Shown here: one piece after another, positions 1 through 13,638 of the stretch
How positions within the stretch are numbered: the first letter of the stretch is position 1
Layout: each line of letters begins with the position of its first letter
Source: Octopus sinensis
Taxonomy: Eukaryota
DNA: 64,000 bases
Assembly: GCF_006345805.1 (NCBI RefSeq)
Contig: NC_043006.1
Span: 39,866,001 to 39,930,000, forward strand
Reading direction: 5' to 3'
Made by a program: the position numbers and the translations under genes
Notes under the pieces: model-generated
Told to the model about the DNA's origin: nothing
Databases searched by the model: none
Seen by the model: the letters and a program-made list of their open reading frames with translations, nothing else

Positions 1-199
1 CATCGCTTTTATTATATTATATATTTTATTTTATTATATTATATTATATATTTTATTTTATTTTATTGTATATTATATTATATTATAATTTCTTGTATTG
101 TATTATGTAGATCGTGATTAGTGTAGATGTGTCAGCATTTGTGGTTGTGATAGTATTGGCTGATGTTGGTGGTAGCGAGTGTTATGGAGGTGGAGCTAG

Positions 200-730
200 T
201 TGTTGGTAGTAGAGGTTGTAGTTTACGTGGTAATTGCGATGGTGGTTTCGAGCGTAGTGGTGGCGTTAGTGTTCGCCGTTTTGAGGATGTTTATTAATGT
301 AGTATTGGAGGCAGAGACTGCATTGCACCTTATAATGGTGGTGGTGGTCGTGGTGGTGGTGATGGTGGTGGTGATGGTGGTGGTTGTGGCGATGTTGAAT
401 TGTAAAAGACTATGATGGTATTGGTCGTTATGATGATGATGATGCTGCTGCTGCTACTGATGATAATGATGATGATGATGATGATGAGGAGGAGGAGGAG
501 GAGGAGGAGGAGGAGGAAGAGGAGAACGACGGCGACGATATTGATGACGATGATGATGATGATGATGGGTGTAATTTTTTTGTTTAATGGTAGGAGTGAT
601 AGTGAGGTTGCCGAAGGGTGGGGTTGGCTGGATTTCAGATGGTGATGGTAGTGTTGGTGGCGGTGGTAGTAGCGGTGGTGGCAACGGTTTAAGTGGTGGG
701 TGGTAGTGGTGGTGTTGGTGATTGGTAGCG
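200..730. repeat. Compound trinucleotide low-complexity tract (GGT/GAT/GAG)
   Basis: Runs of gatgat, gaggag and ggtggt; the poly-M/R/V/P ORFs are artefacts. Confidence 0.9.
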
Positions 731-854
731 ATTCTAATTGCCTTGTCGGTGAGTGTTACAAACGGTGATGACGAATCTGAGCGTGGTTTTACTGTGGTAG
801 TAGAGGTAGTAGCTAGTAATGATACATGTTATAGTCGCTGTATTTTGTGATGCT

Positions 855-879
855 TGTAGCGGCAGCAGCAGAAGTAGTG

Positions 880-921
<42 letters not shown>

Positions 922-927
922 ACACCG

Positions 928-984
<57 letters not shown>

Positions 985-985
985 A

Positions 986-1021
<36 letters not shown>

Positions 1022-1043
1022 TAGTAGTAGTAACAGCAGTAGC

Positions 1044-1080
<37 letters not shown>

Positions 1081-1146
1081 CTCGCAGCAGTAGCAGCATC
1101 ACTAGTAGTAGTAGTAGTAGTAGCAGCAACAGCAGCAGAAGCAGCT

Positions 1147-1191
<45 letters not shown>

Positions 1192-1235
1192 ATAGTAGTA
1201 GTCGTAGCAGTAGCAGCAGCACTAGTAGTAGTAGT

Positions 1236-1300
<65 letters not shown>
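855..1300. repeat. (AGT/AGC)n compound microsatellite
   Basis: ~450 bp of agtagt/agcagc giving poly-S/V/L/T ORFs. Confidence 0.95.
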
Positions 1301-1304
<4 letters not shown>

Positions 1305-4300
1305 TGTGGTGCGAACGCATTTTGAAATATGTGGCTGAATAATCGTATTTGAATGGCTGTGGTGGTTTTGTTTGCTGATGTTAGTAGAGCATGTAACCTC
1401 TTTTATCACAGATACATTCATCACTCATCCAGGATAACACGCCATGCTCAACTGTGAACCATGTTACGTTTATCACGGATTAACCTGTAATAACACGGTC
1501 AGCCATCGGTCGAAGATTCTGTTTGTACTGCAAAAAACGCACGCCAACGACCACCCACAATGCTCGGCTACCCAGAGTGCTCTGATTATCGCTTGTATTT
1601 ACAAGATTGTGCAGCAAGGCAGCGTATATTTTTTATGCCGATTTACGTACCTTTACCCATCAACATGGGACCATTGAAGAAAAAAATATGAAGTAGCTTG
1701 ATCCAAACAAACGACACAGACGATCAAAAAAATACGCGATGGTGGAAGCTTTGCTACTGTCGACTGCGAGTTTGTTGTCAATGAATCTATCATTCATTTG
1801 ATTTACAAAGTGCGTGGACATGACTCATTCGTCGGTGATTCAGTTATCACGTTATGACTAAGAAGATAGATGTAGCTTTTATTGAAGTGGCACAGGGGTT
1901 GTCTTCAGTGTTGATGATGGTCAATGGTGAACGTGCTGGCTACTGAAGATACAAGGAATGTAGAGTTGACAGAAGCCGGTGACAGAGGTTGCTGTTGTAT
2001 GTGTGGTGTTATTAGGGGGAGTAGTAGTGGTATTAGTCGTAGTTGGTGATTATTCATGTTGCTGTTGTTGATAATGGTGGTGATTTATTGTCGTGATGGC
2101 AATGTTTATTGTAACTTGAACTTGCGTTGTTGGTTGGGGTGGTACTGGTAATTACAGTGGTATTTATAGTGGTTCATTTTGGTGGTGGCAGTAATGCTTG
2201 TGAGAGGTGGTGATTAGTTGGGGATTTTTTTAAAACTCTTTTCTACCGTAAGTACAGGCAAAATGCCAGAGAACTTCAATGCTCACTACCTTTTGTTTCC
2301 TTCGTTGCTTTCTTTCTAGAAAATCCGTCCTTGCTGCGCGGTATGGTGGCTCGTGTGCTTCATTAACTTTGAGAGTTATACCAGTAGAGCACTAGTTCCT
2401 TGTTGGGCCTCTCATATTGGACAGGCTAACTGAAAGAGGCCAGACTCATACGGACCAGCTCTCTTATGATGCAAAAATGGATTTGCGTAGGACCAACAGC
2501 GCAAAGTTACAAAACCTTCGATGACAATTCAAAAGTAACGACACCCGTGAGACGACAGCCAACAGTCGATGAAATGAAAAAAAGTTATCGATGGCCTATG
2601 CTCAATACGGAGCAAAAAGCCTAACAAAAACAGTCAAACAAAAAAAAGGGTGGCGAGAATGCAGTATATTCGAACTCCTGAACATTACGCAAACCGAACA
2701 TCATCTTAAGCATCCACTTGATCGCTTCTATTAACGGGAAGTTATGAGTTAATTTTTGCTAACACAAAATTGCACTAATATTGAGCATATTAAGTTGTAC
2801 ATTATCTTAATAACATTATCTTCACATTCTGCCATATTATTAATATACTAATCAAAACGATTCACTCACCTCAGTCTATATTGACGATTAATTATCTGAT
2901 CTTGAAATCATCAAAGCTAAATTGAATACACTAGATAAGAACCGATGTGAGACATTCATTTCTTTGACATTATTTATTTATTTTTTAATACACATATTAC
3001 TTATTGATTTGTCATTGATGTCGTCATAATGATTGGTTTCTGCTATAAACACAAGACCAGAAATTTCAATGAAGAGTACAATCGATTAATTTGATATCAT
3101 ACTTATTTCAATATGGCACTGATATTTAGTTTCTCGACCCTTCAACTTAAAACAAAGTCTGAGTCAGAATTAGACTCAAAACCGACAAGGAAGTAATTAA
3201 ATAATGCATGACAATAAATTAGTCACTCTAATGTTTCACTTTTATATAATACATGGTTATCCCCCTTTGTTCTACCAATACCCGCCTTAACTACTATGAT
3301 TATATGTAGCCTCGAGGCAAAGGCACCACAGAAAAGCTGTAGGCCAAGACAAAATTCCTGCAGGACTCCTACATAGTGTGCTCATCCTAAATATCTACCT
3401 GCAATCCCATGCGATTCTTGCAATAGTCTGTTTTAGAACAGGAATTTGGTTTATTAGCCATTAGAAAGCCCATCGTCTCCTGCAGCAAAAATGATCCCCA
3501 CCCCTCCGAACAGAAATATATTAAATACTCGGAAACGAATTCTTGCGTTTTACGTTCAAATGCTGTCAAGTTTTTTCGTGAATTTTCATTCTTTGGAGCC
3601 CATAAAACTGATTAGCAGTCAAGTACTGGGGTCGATAACTCTTCAAACTCTGGCTTTCCGACAATGTCCGAAACCGTAATTTACGTTTACGATCATTTTC
3701 AATTTAATAACCATAACAAAATATAACAATTTAAATTCATATAATTCAAGGTAGTGGAGGACAAAGGTAAAAACGATGTAAAGAAGGAAATCAATGGAAA
3801 ATTACGTATGGAAACGAAAATACACTTAATTCGTAATATTGTGTGTATGTATGTACCTACTAGTACGCATATTAAGACGTGTGTTAATGTATGCTGAAAT
3901 TTCGCTGTGTATGTGTATGCAATTTATATCAATAAACGCTTAATTGGTTTTTAGTTCTCGAGTTTTAGAATATATTTAATAAAATTTTATGTAGTATTGA
4001 TACTTATCAACTGTATTTTTAATTCACTATTCGTAATTGTTGGTTTTATCCTTTTTTTATCATCTTTAAATGAAATGTGATTGCAAAACTTGAAAAACAA
4101 ATTAAATTTCCATTTATAGTAATATCAATATTCGTAGTAATATTTCTTTTAAAAGCCGACCCTTAAGTAGTCTGTAACTAAATCTGAAACCAAAATTGTT
4201 TCTGATTTAGGCGTCATGCCAACGATTTTGAGTGGGCGGCGTGAGTCGATACCATCGACCCTGGTAGTTGACTCATACTTTATTTTATCGACCACTGAGT

Positions 4301-4635
4301 GGAGCGGGAAATGAAAGGCAAAGTTAATTTGGAGAAATATGAACTCGAACTCTTTTCTGTGGATACGATGTTGGATTTCAATGCTTAGATATTGAATCGG
4401 AAATGCCTAAAAAGCAGTACCATCTTTTGATGTGGACACGCTGGGCAGTTGCTCGGGTACCCACAGGTCTATGGCCCAATTCTAATCTATGTATACCGTG
4501 GCTTGCTGTCAGTAAACAAATAGCATAGAACCGAATGCATTGATTGGCTGAGGCCCTAATACTGATAAGACTGCCTTGCTGGAAGGTTTTGACAAATACT
4601 TTAATATTTAGTATCATGTCTATATCAAATATATA

Positions 4636-4820
4636 GAGGAGGAGCACTCCGTCGGTTGCGACGACGAGGGTCCCAGCTGATACGACCAACGGAACAGCTT
4701 GCACGTGAAATTAACGTGTAAGTGGCTGAGCACTCCACAAACACGTGTACCCTTAACGTAGTTCTCGGGGAGATTCAGCGTGATACAGACTGTGACAAGG
4801 CTGACCCTTTGAAAACCAAC
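4636..4820 (-). mobile_element. SINE family D, 3' part
   Basis: Reverse complement matches 52090-52235 and 19585-19715 (gaatctccccgagaactacg...gagtgctcagccact...accgacggagtgct). Confidence 0.75.
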
Positions 4821-5132
4821 ACCACTTGTCATGATGTGGGTGCAGACAAACAGAAACATAAATACATACACATAATCACACACACACATATGTATACGAC
4901 GGGATTCCACACAGTTTCTGTCTATTTAATTCACTCCGATGGCATTCTGTAAGCCAGGACTATGGTAAAAGATGATTGCGTACCACGTCACGCAAAAGAT
5001 GCGTACCACATCACACAGTGGCACAGAATCTAAATACATGTGGTTGCAAGGCAAGCTTCTTCACTACATAGCCATACCTTGGATTGCCATCAATTTTGAT
5101 ATATTCACAGAAAACAGGTTTCTACGGCCATA

Positions 5133-6031
5133 TACGAGCTCTGATCAATAAGTATCCGGACTGTTGCCAAAATAATGAAACTAAAGCACGCAGGCCGTTG
5201 CACACAAATTGACCGTGACCTCTGCTGTGCATGTCCACTAAGTTTTGACGTTTGAGCACATTTCCACTGTTTACAGCAGTGCTTGGAAGGAAGGTGTGTA
5301 GCGTGTGATCGTCGCATTGACCATGATAGTTGGTCATGAGAAAGTTGTCCTGGCGAGACTTTCTCAGAGGCCTACGCAAAGTTGCAGAAAGTGCATGAAG
5401 GGGAGTGTATGAGTGGCACACAAGTGTACGAGTGGTTAAGACGTTTCCAACATGGCCGAAAAATTGTCGTTATTGACGACCGTTTTGGGAGACCCGCAAC
5501 CAGCGGAACTGAGAAAAACATCGCAGATGTGCTTGCAGCTGTGAGGGGTAATCGTCAAATCACCATCTGTGAGTTATCAGAGGATGTGCAGATTAGTTAA
5601 AGTTCAGTTCAGTCCATTATCACTGACGATTTGGGTATGAGACACGTGTCTGCCAAGTTTGTACCAAAACTACTTTCAGCTGACCTAAAAGACTCGGGTT
5701 TCAGTTGAACAAAATCTCCTCGATTGTGTGGAGAACGATGAAAACTTTCTAAAAACTTTGCGTGGGCCGCTGAGCAGACATTGCCAAGCTTTAGGCAAAC
5801 TTTGATGCAGATTCTCTACTCAACTTTCTCTGCCATGGCCAATAGGACGAACACACGCTAGACGCGTTACTTCCAACCACTGCCGTAAACGATGAAATAA
5901 GCTAAAACTTTAAAACTTAGTGCGCGTGCACAGCAGAATTCAAGCTCAATCTGTGCCAAGCGGCTTCACTCTGTGTGCTTTAGCTTCGTTACTATGGCAA
6001 AAGTCCGGATACTTATTGATCATACCACGTA
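5133..6031 (+). mobile_element. Non-autonomous mariner derivative with TIRs and TA ends; transposase N-terminal HTH remnant, no catalytic domain
   Basis: Left end tacgagctctgatcaataagtatccggact and right end agtccggatacttattgatcataccacgta (27/30 inverted match); peptide VYEWLRRFQHGR...DDRFGRP...MRHVSAKFVPKLL (WVPxxL-like motif) followed by NDENFLK. Confidence 0.9.
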
Positions 6032-6042
6032 CATATACACTT

Positions 6043-6262
6043 TCTCTTTACTCTTTTACTTGTTTCAGTCATTTAACTGCGGCCATGTTGGAGCACGACC
6101 TATAGCCAAGCAAATCTACCCCAGGACTTATTATTTGTAAGCCTAGTACTAATTCTATCGGTCTCTTTTGCCGAACCGCTAAGTTACAGGGACGCAAACA
6201 CAGCACCATCGGTTGTCAAGCGATGTTGGGGTGAACAAACACACACACCACACACATATATA

Positions 6263-6345
<83 letters not shown>

Positions 6346-6515
6346 CATATACGACGGGCTTCTTTCAGTTTCCGTCTACCGAATCCATTCACAAGGCTTT
6401 GGTCGGCCCGAGGCTATAGTAGAAGACACTCTGCCCAAGGTGCCACGCAGTGGGACTGAACCCGGAACCATGTGGTTCGTAAGCAAGCTATTTACCACAC
6501 AGCCACTCCTGCGCC
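6043..6515 (-). mobile_element. tRNA-derived SINE family A, full length, with internal (AT)n
   Basis: Head ggcgcaggagtggctgtgtggtaa...ggttcagtccc and tail gtgctccaacatggccgcagttaaatgactgaaacaagtaaaagag on the minus strand. Confidence 0.9.
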
Positions 6516-6975
6516 TATCTGTAACACCAGTTTACTTCGTTTTGACTGAAGTTGTTTCTTTTCTCCAAACATGTAAAAAAAATGTTACTTCAAGGGAAGA
6601 TCTCTAGAATATAAAGGTCTAATATGCAGATGGATAGATCTGCAGTTACAAGTGTTACATTTTTTTCTTCCATCAGTTTAGAACATTATAGCGGTCTCGT
6701 TACGTCGCCGCCTTTTCTCTCCCCCACCCCACTCTCTATAAGTGATTTTGTCGGTATCAGCTAGGAATATGTATTTTTGTGCATGTGTGAATATTTTAGA
6801 AGAAGTTTAATACTTTATCAATATCTGAAGTGTTTGAACGGTTAGTGTATGCAAGTGCCGTAATAGCTAAGCCCTTTTCCTGTTTCTCTGAGTTGGCTTT
6901 TGTTGCTTATTGTTGGTAGCCTTTCTCGGTCTCTCTTTTCTCTCTCCATATAATAGGAATATAAACATACATACA

Positions 6976-7016
<41 letters not shown>

Positions 7017-7881
7017 TATATATATATTCAAATACACAAATATGCATGTATGTGTGTGTGTGTATGTGTGCTTGTTGTGTGCGTGCATGCGTTAGTAGTG
7101 TGTGTAAAACTATAGTAACATTAATCTGAATTTCTGTTTTCCCCTCATTTTGCAGGTATATATATACGTGCGCGTGTGTGTATGTATACATACATGCATA
7201 CATACATACATACATAGATACATACATACATACACACACACGCGCGCACACATAGAGGGGCTTTATCGTCTCAAGATATTTACTCCCAGAATTTCTAAAT
7301 CGTTCTCACCATCAGAATTTCATTGAAATATGAGTTGTTTTTCGCAGAACATTTCAAAAAAGAACAGAAACAAAACAGTAAACTAACAAAAAAAAAAATA
7401 GGATGTAAAAGTAAAAAATAAAAGCAGGAATATTATTGGCCATAATTTAAAGAACTCGTCATTTCGAGAATCTTTTGATTCTTTGCTACGACGCTTCTAT
7501 TATTATTTTTATTTTCATTTATATTTTTAGCTTTAGTTTTTTTTTTCTTGATTCGTACATCTTGTGTATTTTCTGTATCATACAACTACGACCGCATAGA
7601 GAAAGAAAAGGGAAAACAACTAAAAACACAAACAACACGATACTAAATTATCTGACTAAAACGCTTTATCAATTCTCTAACTTCTTGTATGTGTTTGATC
7701 TGTAATAGTCGACTAGCTATTACCATATAGGAAACAAAACCTTCGTAATATTCCCCACACATCTATCTTGCTTAAAATAAAGCTTGCAATCAACATGATT
7801 TTCGTTTCTGTTAACTGATATACAGAATATATACATACATAAATGTGTGTATATATATATATATATATTATAAATATATAT

Positions 7882-7942
<61 letters not shown>

Positions 7943-7952
7943 ATTTCAATAA

Positions 7953-8012
<60 letters not shown>

Positions 8013-8286
8013 TTATTGAAATGGATAAATGAATTATCTTGTTACGGATTATTCAAATTATAACCGATACCTGGGTAGCAAAAATCACAACAGAAAAATC
8101 ACGGTTGAGGTTACGACCATGGGGTATCGCAACCGTGCCTTAGTGCGGATAATTGAAGTTTTATATATTTAGTGAGGGAATAAATGGAGCTGAACGAAGA
8201 TTTTACAAAATTCCTTTTTATTATTTTATAAAAAGGAATTTTGTAAAATCTTCGTTCAGCTCCATTTCTTCCCTCACTAAATATAT

Positions 8287-8332
<46 letters not shown>

Positions 8333-8494
8333 GGCGTAGGAATGGCTGTGTGGTAAGTAGCTTGCTTACCAACCACATGGTTCCGGGTTCAGTGCTACTG
8401 CGTGGCACCTTGGCAAGTGTCTTCTACTATAACCTCGGACCGACCAAAGCCTTGTGAGTGGATTTGGTAGACGGAAACTAAAAGAAGCCCGTCG

Positions 8495-8525
<31 letters not shown>

Positions 8526-8714
8526 GAATGTATATGTTTGTGTGTCTATGTTTGTCCCCCAACATCGCTTGACAACCGATGCTGGTGAGTTTACGCCCCC
8601 GTAACTTAGCGGTTCGGCAAGAGAGACCGATAGAATAAGTACTAGGCTTACTAAAGGCGTTGCTCCAGCATGGCCGTAGTCAAATGACTTAAACAAATAA
8701 AAGAATAAAAGAAT
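8333..8714 (+). mobile_element. SINE family A
   Basis: ggcgtaggaatggctgtgtggtaag head; gctccagcatggccgtagtcaaatgact tail. Confidence 0.9.
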
Positions 8715-9210
8715 ATGTATATGTATATATATACATGTATATGTACATATATACATATATACACACATATATATATACATATATATATACATATATATGT
8801 GTACATATATATAAAGAGAGAGACAGACAGACAGAAGGAGAGAGAAATATATATATATATATATATACATGTATTACCTTTTGGTCATGTCGGAATAGAA
8901 TGTCGGTGTATCTTCTTCCGTATATCGCTATGCAAAAATATATGCATTAGCTAACACCCATTATTTCTTAGGTGTATTTTATGTACGCTATGCCTGTGTG
9001 TGTATGTGTTCTTGTTTAGGATCTTTCAGTTGATGGAATCGCTGGAGGAACTTAATACCATACACAGCTGGAGAGCCTTGTGGTGTTGTGTGTCATCTCC
9101 TGCAGAAGCTCGAACCAACACAATGCCACTAGCCACTCGACCTATCTATATACGTACGTATACATACATACATACATATATACATACATACACACACACA
9201 CATATATATA

Positions 9211-9609
9211 CTCTTTCACTCTTTCACTTGTTTCAGTCATTTGACTGTGGCCATGCTGGAGCACCGCCTTTAATCGAGCAACTCGACCCCGGGACTTATT
9301 CTTTTTGTAAGCCCAGTACTTATTCTATCGGTCTCTTTTGCCGAACCGCTAAGTTACGGGGACATAAACACACCAGCATCGGTTGTCAAGCAATGCTAGG
9401 GGGACAAACACACACATACACACACATATATATATATATACATATATACGACAGGCTTCTTTCAGTTTCCGTCTACCAAATCCACTCACAAGGCATTGGT
9501 CGGCTCGCGGCTATAGCAGAAGACACTTGCCCAAGATGCCACACAGTGGGACTGAACCCGGAACCATGTGGCTGGTTAGCAAGCTACTTACCACACAGCC
9601 ACTCCTGCA
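9211..9609 (-). mobile_element. SINE family A
   Basis: Same head and tail motifs, reverse strand. Confidence 0.9.
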
Positions 9610-9954
9610 TATATAGTCAATAAAACATATATCAGAAAAAAGCACATTCTAAAGAATGGAATAGTAATTATTAGAACAAAAATTTTTAATTCTGGACATA
9701 GAGTTACCAAAACGTTTCGCATCCACGAAAGCGAAGGTTTTGAGGACAGTTCGTCAGACTCAATACAAAGACAAAGAAAATTTAAACTTTCTACCACGCG
9801 GACGGGATGAAACGCTCAGACATCGAAACTTAAGGAATAAAACAACACTTACAGACCCCAAAAAGGCCTAACCAGCAAACGGGAAGATCCAATTGTCCAG
9901 AAGGTAGCCCTTAAAGTGGACACATTTAGAGAAAACTTATTTATGAATATTCAG

Positions 9955-9985
<31 letters not shown>

Positions 9986-10016
9986 TGAGTGTGTGTGTGT
10001 GTGTGTGCGTGTGTGT

Positions 10017-10049
<33 letters not shown>

Positions 10050-10111
10050 TTGTGTGTGTGTGTGTGTGTGTGTGTATGTAGGTACGTAGGTATGTACGTA
10101 TATGTTTATTA

Positions 10112-10524
10112 TTTCTTTATTGCCCACAAGAGGCTAAACTAAACATAGGGGGACAAACAAGGACAGACAAACGGATTAAGTCGATTATATCGACCCCAGT
10201 GCCTAACTGGTACTTAATTTATCGACCCCGAAAGGATGAAAAGCAAAGTCGACTTCGGAAGAATTTGAATTCAGAACGTAGCAGCAGACGAAATACCTAA
10301 TTTTTTACTACCCACAAGGGGCTAAACACAGAGGGGACAAACAAGGACAGACAAACGGATTGAGTCGATTACATCGACCCCATTGCGTAACTGGTACTTG
10401 ATTTATCGACCCTGAAAGGATGAACGGTAAAGTCGACCTCGGCGGAATTTGAACTCAGAACGTAACGGCACACGAAATACGGCTACGTACTTCACCCGGC
10501 GTGCTAACGTTTCTGCCAGCACGC
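10112..10524 (-). mobile_element. tRNA-derived SINE family B, head plus two bodies (dimer)
   Basis: gctggcagaaacgttagcacgccggg head; two copies of the gttctgagttcaaattccgccgaggtcgactttg...gtcccctctgtg body. Confidence 0.85.
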
Positions 10525-13127
10525 TGCTTTAATGTACGTATATGTTTATGTATGTAAGTGTGTTTGGATGTGTAAATATGCGTTGTATGTGTAACAAAAT
10601 AATGTTGTCAGTCGTAATCGATTACGTACGCACTGTTATCAGTCAGATAAATTCTCATGCGTTGAGTGAACATCTAATCAACTCTGATCGGTTCTCCACT
10701 ATCAGCTTGTTTCTTGTATCTGTACATATGTTTCCAAATTAAAGACGAAAATTACACTGCGAACATACACAAAACAAAAAATATTACATGTTTATTATTC
10801 AGGTTTCGTTTGGACCGAACATATGTACTTTCAAATTCACCTTTGATATCCTTAAAGAATATCGCTACCGTTTGTATTTTACTTATTTCAGTTCAATGAT
10901 TAAAATAAGTAAGAGAACAAGTCTGGTACTTACACTAATCGCGAAGTTACGGGGACGCAAGCAAACCAACGTTCGTTATCAAGCGGTTGAAGACACATAT
11001 AAATACAAAAATCATGCGCACACACACGCAGACACATGCACACACACACGTACACATGCAAACACACACGCAAACACACGCCCACATGCGCATGCGGGAA
11101 TTTATATATATATATATATATCCAAATAAGCAACAATGATATCCAAAGGTAGTGTAGTACAATCGTTTCATGCTACTTCATTTAATTAAACAGTGTAAGT
11201 ATTACATCAGTTTTAAATGTAGAGCACTCTTCAACCACATTTGGAATTTTTAAAATTAAATTGACAATGTTCATTTTTATACTTATTCCATTTGCCAACA
11301 TTACAAAGAGGGTAGATATATATACAGAGAGGCGAATTTCATCAATAAGAACATGGTAGTAGATCTTTCCTCATGGGCAGATTTTTTATCACTGAGTTCA
11401 CTTTGTTATTTAGATTTACCAATGGCTCCCCATTGGTAAATCTAAATAACAAAGTGAACTCAGTGATAAAAAATCTGCCCATGAGAAAGATCTACTACCA
11501 TGTTCTTATTGATGAAATTCGCCTCTCTGTATATATATCTATTTTTTTTTATTAAGTTCAGTGGAGACAAACAAGAAGTTTTCTATTTATAGATAGAGGA
11601 AGGGGTAGTTCAAATGTGTGTGTGTGCGTGCGTGGTGTTAACCATAGCTTGACAACCTGTATTGGTTTGTTTACGTCCGCGTAACTTTGCGGTTCGACAT
11701 GACAGATTAAGAGAATAAATACCACGTTTTTTTTTAAAAAAAGCACAGTGTCAATTAGTTCGGCAAAAACTCTTCAAGACTGTGCTCTAGCTTGGCCACG
11801 GCCCAGTGACTTAGACAATTAAAAGATAATAAAAGACAATGACTAAATATTAATCGCAAGAATCTCATCATCTGCAGTTATGGTTATGGTCTCTGAATCT
11901 AGTTCTACAGTTTATGTTTTCCACGACATATCTCTTGGGGCTTTCAGTTGCTTAAACGTTTCCAGGCAAATCGCAGCGTTTTTATTTTTCTGGTCCTCTA
12001 CAATTTTCTGTTGCAACATAATAATTGTATTTCAACTAGTTATTGAAGCCATGTATAGATCTCCTAGAAATGTTATTTGCAAAGAAACTTTATATACAAA
12101 GGTCAACTGAAAATTATAATTTCGTAGCTCATTCGACCAGTAACCATAATATCGCAGACAAAATTAATATTTGGATAGGTGCCATAATTACTATATATTA
12201 ATTCAGAAATTAGGCGAGCTAACCGTTTATTTTCCAAATTTGTTCCAAATTATATGAATACAGTTAGTTTCTTTAGAGGAAATAGAGATATATTTATTGG
12301 TATTGTTCTAAACAACCCCTCCGTGATGTATGACACTGCAACCTATAATTTCTTAAAGGCTTTAAGTAGCTGTTGTTATTTGTTTATGTAGCTGCTTGTT
12401 TTTTAGTCTTAATATATTTTTTTACTAATCTTTTTCTTGTTGCAAATTTTTCTGAGTATATACAAAACTGTTCCGTGAAAACCTTCCCTTTCGACTGCTG
12501 CAGTGATATAACTGTAACTGGAAAACAGATATTTGGTTCATAAACATAGGTAGACACATACACGCATTCAAACACAAATCTGAAACGTAATGTAAAATTT
12601 TAATGACCAAATCGTTCACATCTTGCCATTAAAAGTAAACGAATTATGTCATAGATCTTAATCTCTCAATCACTCAGCAGAAAAAGTAGAATCCATTTTA
12701 CCAATTTCGACTCCATTCCTATCTCCATTACTGAAAGAGCACACATCCATAAGTATATATACAATGACACATACATAAATAGACACAACTATGTAATACT
12801 ATATATATATATATATGATATATATATATATATATGTGATGTTATTGGAGAGAAATTTGGTTACCATTCCTCGTAAGTCGAATGATCATGTAACGATTAA
12901 TTTTGCACCAAATGAAAATAAATTCAAACCTATTCAGTTCAGAGATACATTCCGTTGCGGAAAACATGCATACGTACATATATACATACGCATATATATA
13001 AATGCATATATATATGTATATATTATGTATGTATGTATGTATGTATGTATGTATGTATGTATGTATGTATAAATGTATATATATGTATGTATGCATGTAT
13101 GTACGTTTATTATATATATATATAATG

Positions 13128-13183
<56 letters not shown>

Positions 13184-13597
13184 TATATATATATATAAAC
13201 GTACATACATGCATACATACATTATATATATATATACATTTATACATACATACATACATACATACGTATATATACATATATATATGCATTTATATATATG
13301 CGTATGTATATATGTACGTATGCATGTTTTCCGCAACGGAATGTATCTCTCAACTGAATAGGTTTGAATTTATTTTCATTTGGTGCAAAATTAATCGTTA
13401 CATGATCATTCGACTTACGAGGAATGATAACTAAATTTCTCTCCAATAACATCACACATAGGTAGTTTGGTTATGTAAACTAAACGTGTACAAACTAATA
13501 AACGTTGTACACTACTAAATATCAGTGAGTAACCCGCAATTCAATGTCAGGGGGTGTTTATATCTATGTATCTTGTATCAATATATCAGTGTGTGTG

Positions 13598-13638
<41 letters not shown>

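Noticed and set aside
734-1424. Long poly-Ser/Thr/Val/Leu ORFs
   Set aside because: They are translations of the (AGT/AGC)n microsatellite, open in several frames on both strands.
1444-1860. Complex, CpG-richer stretch suspected to be a transposase relic
   Set aside because: No recognisable motif in the frames I translated; needs BLASTX.
2340-2640. Possible RTE 3' remnant (RGQTHTDQL)
   Set aside because: The similarity is too short and degenerate to support a call.
9020-9153. Possible exon IFQLMESLEELNTIHSWRALW...
   Set aside because: The acceptor is plausible, but the donor lies in microsatellite and I recognise no homology; ORF 9000-9623 runs through a SINE.
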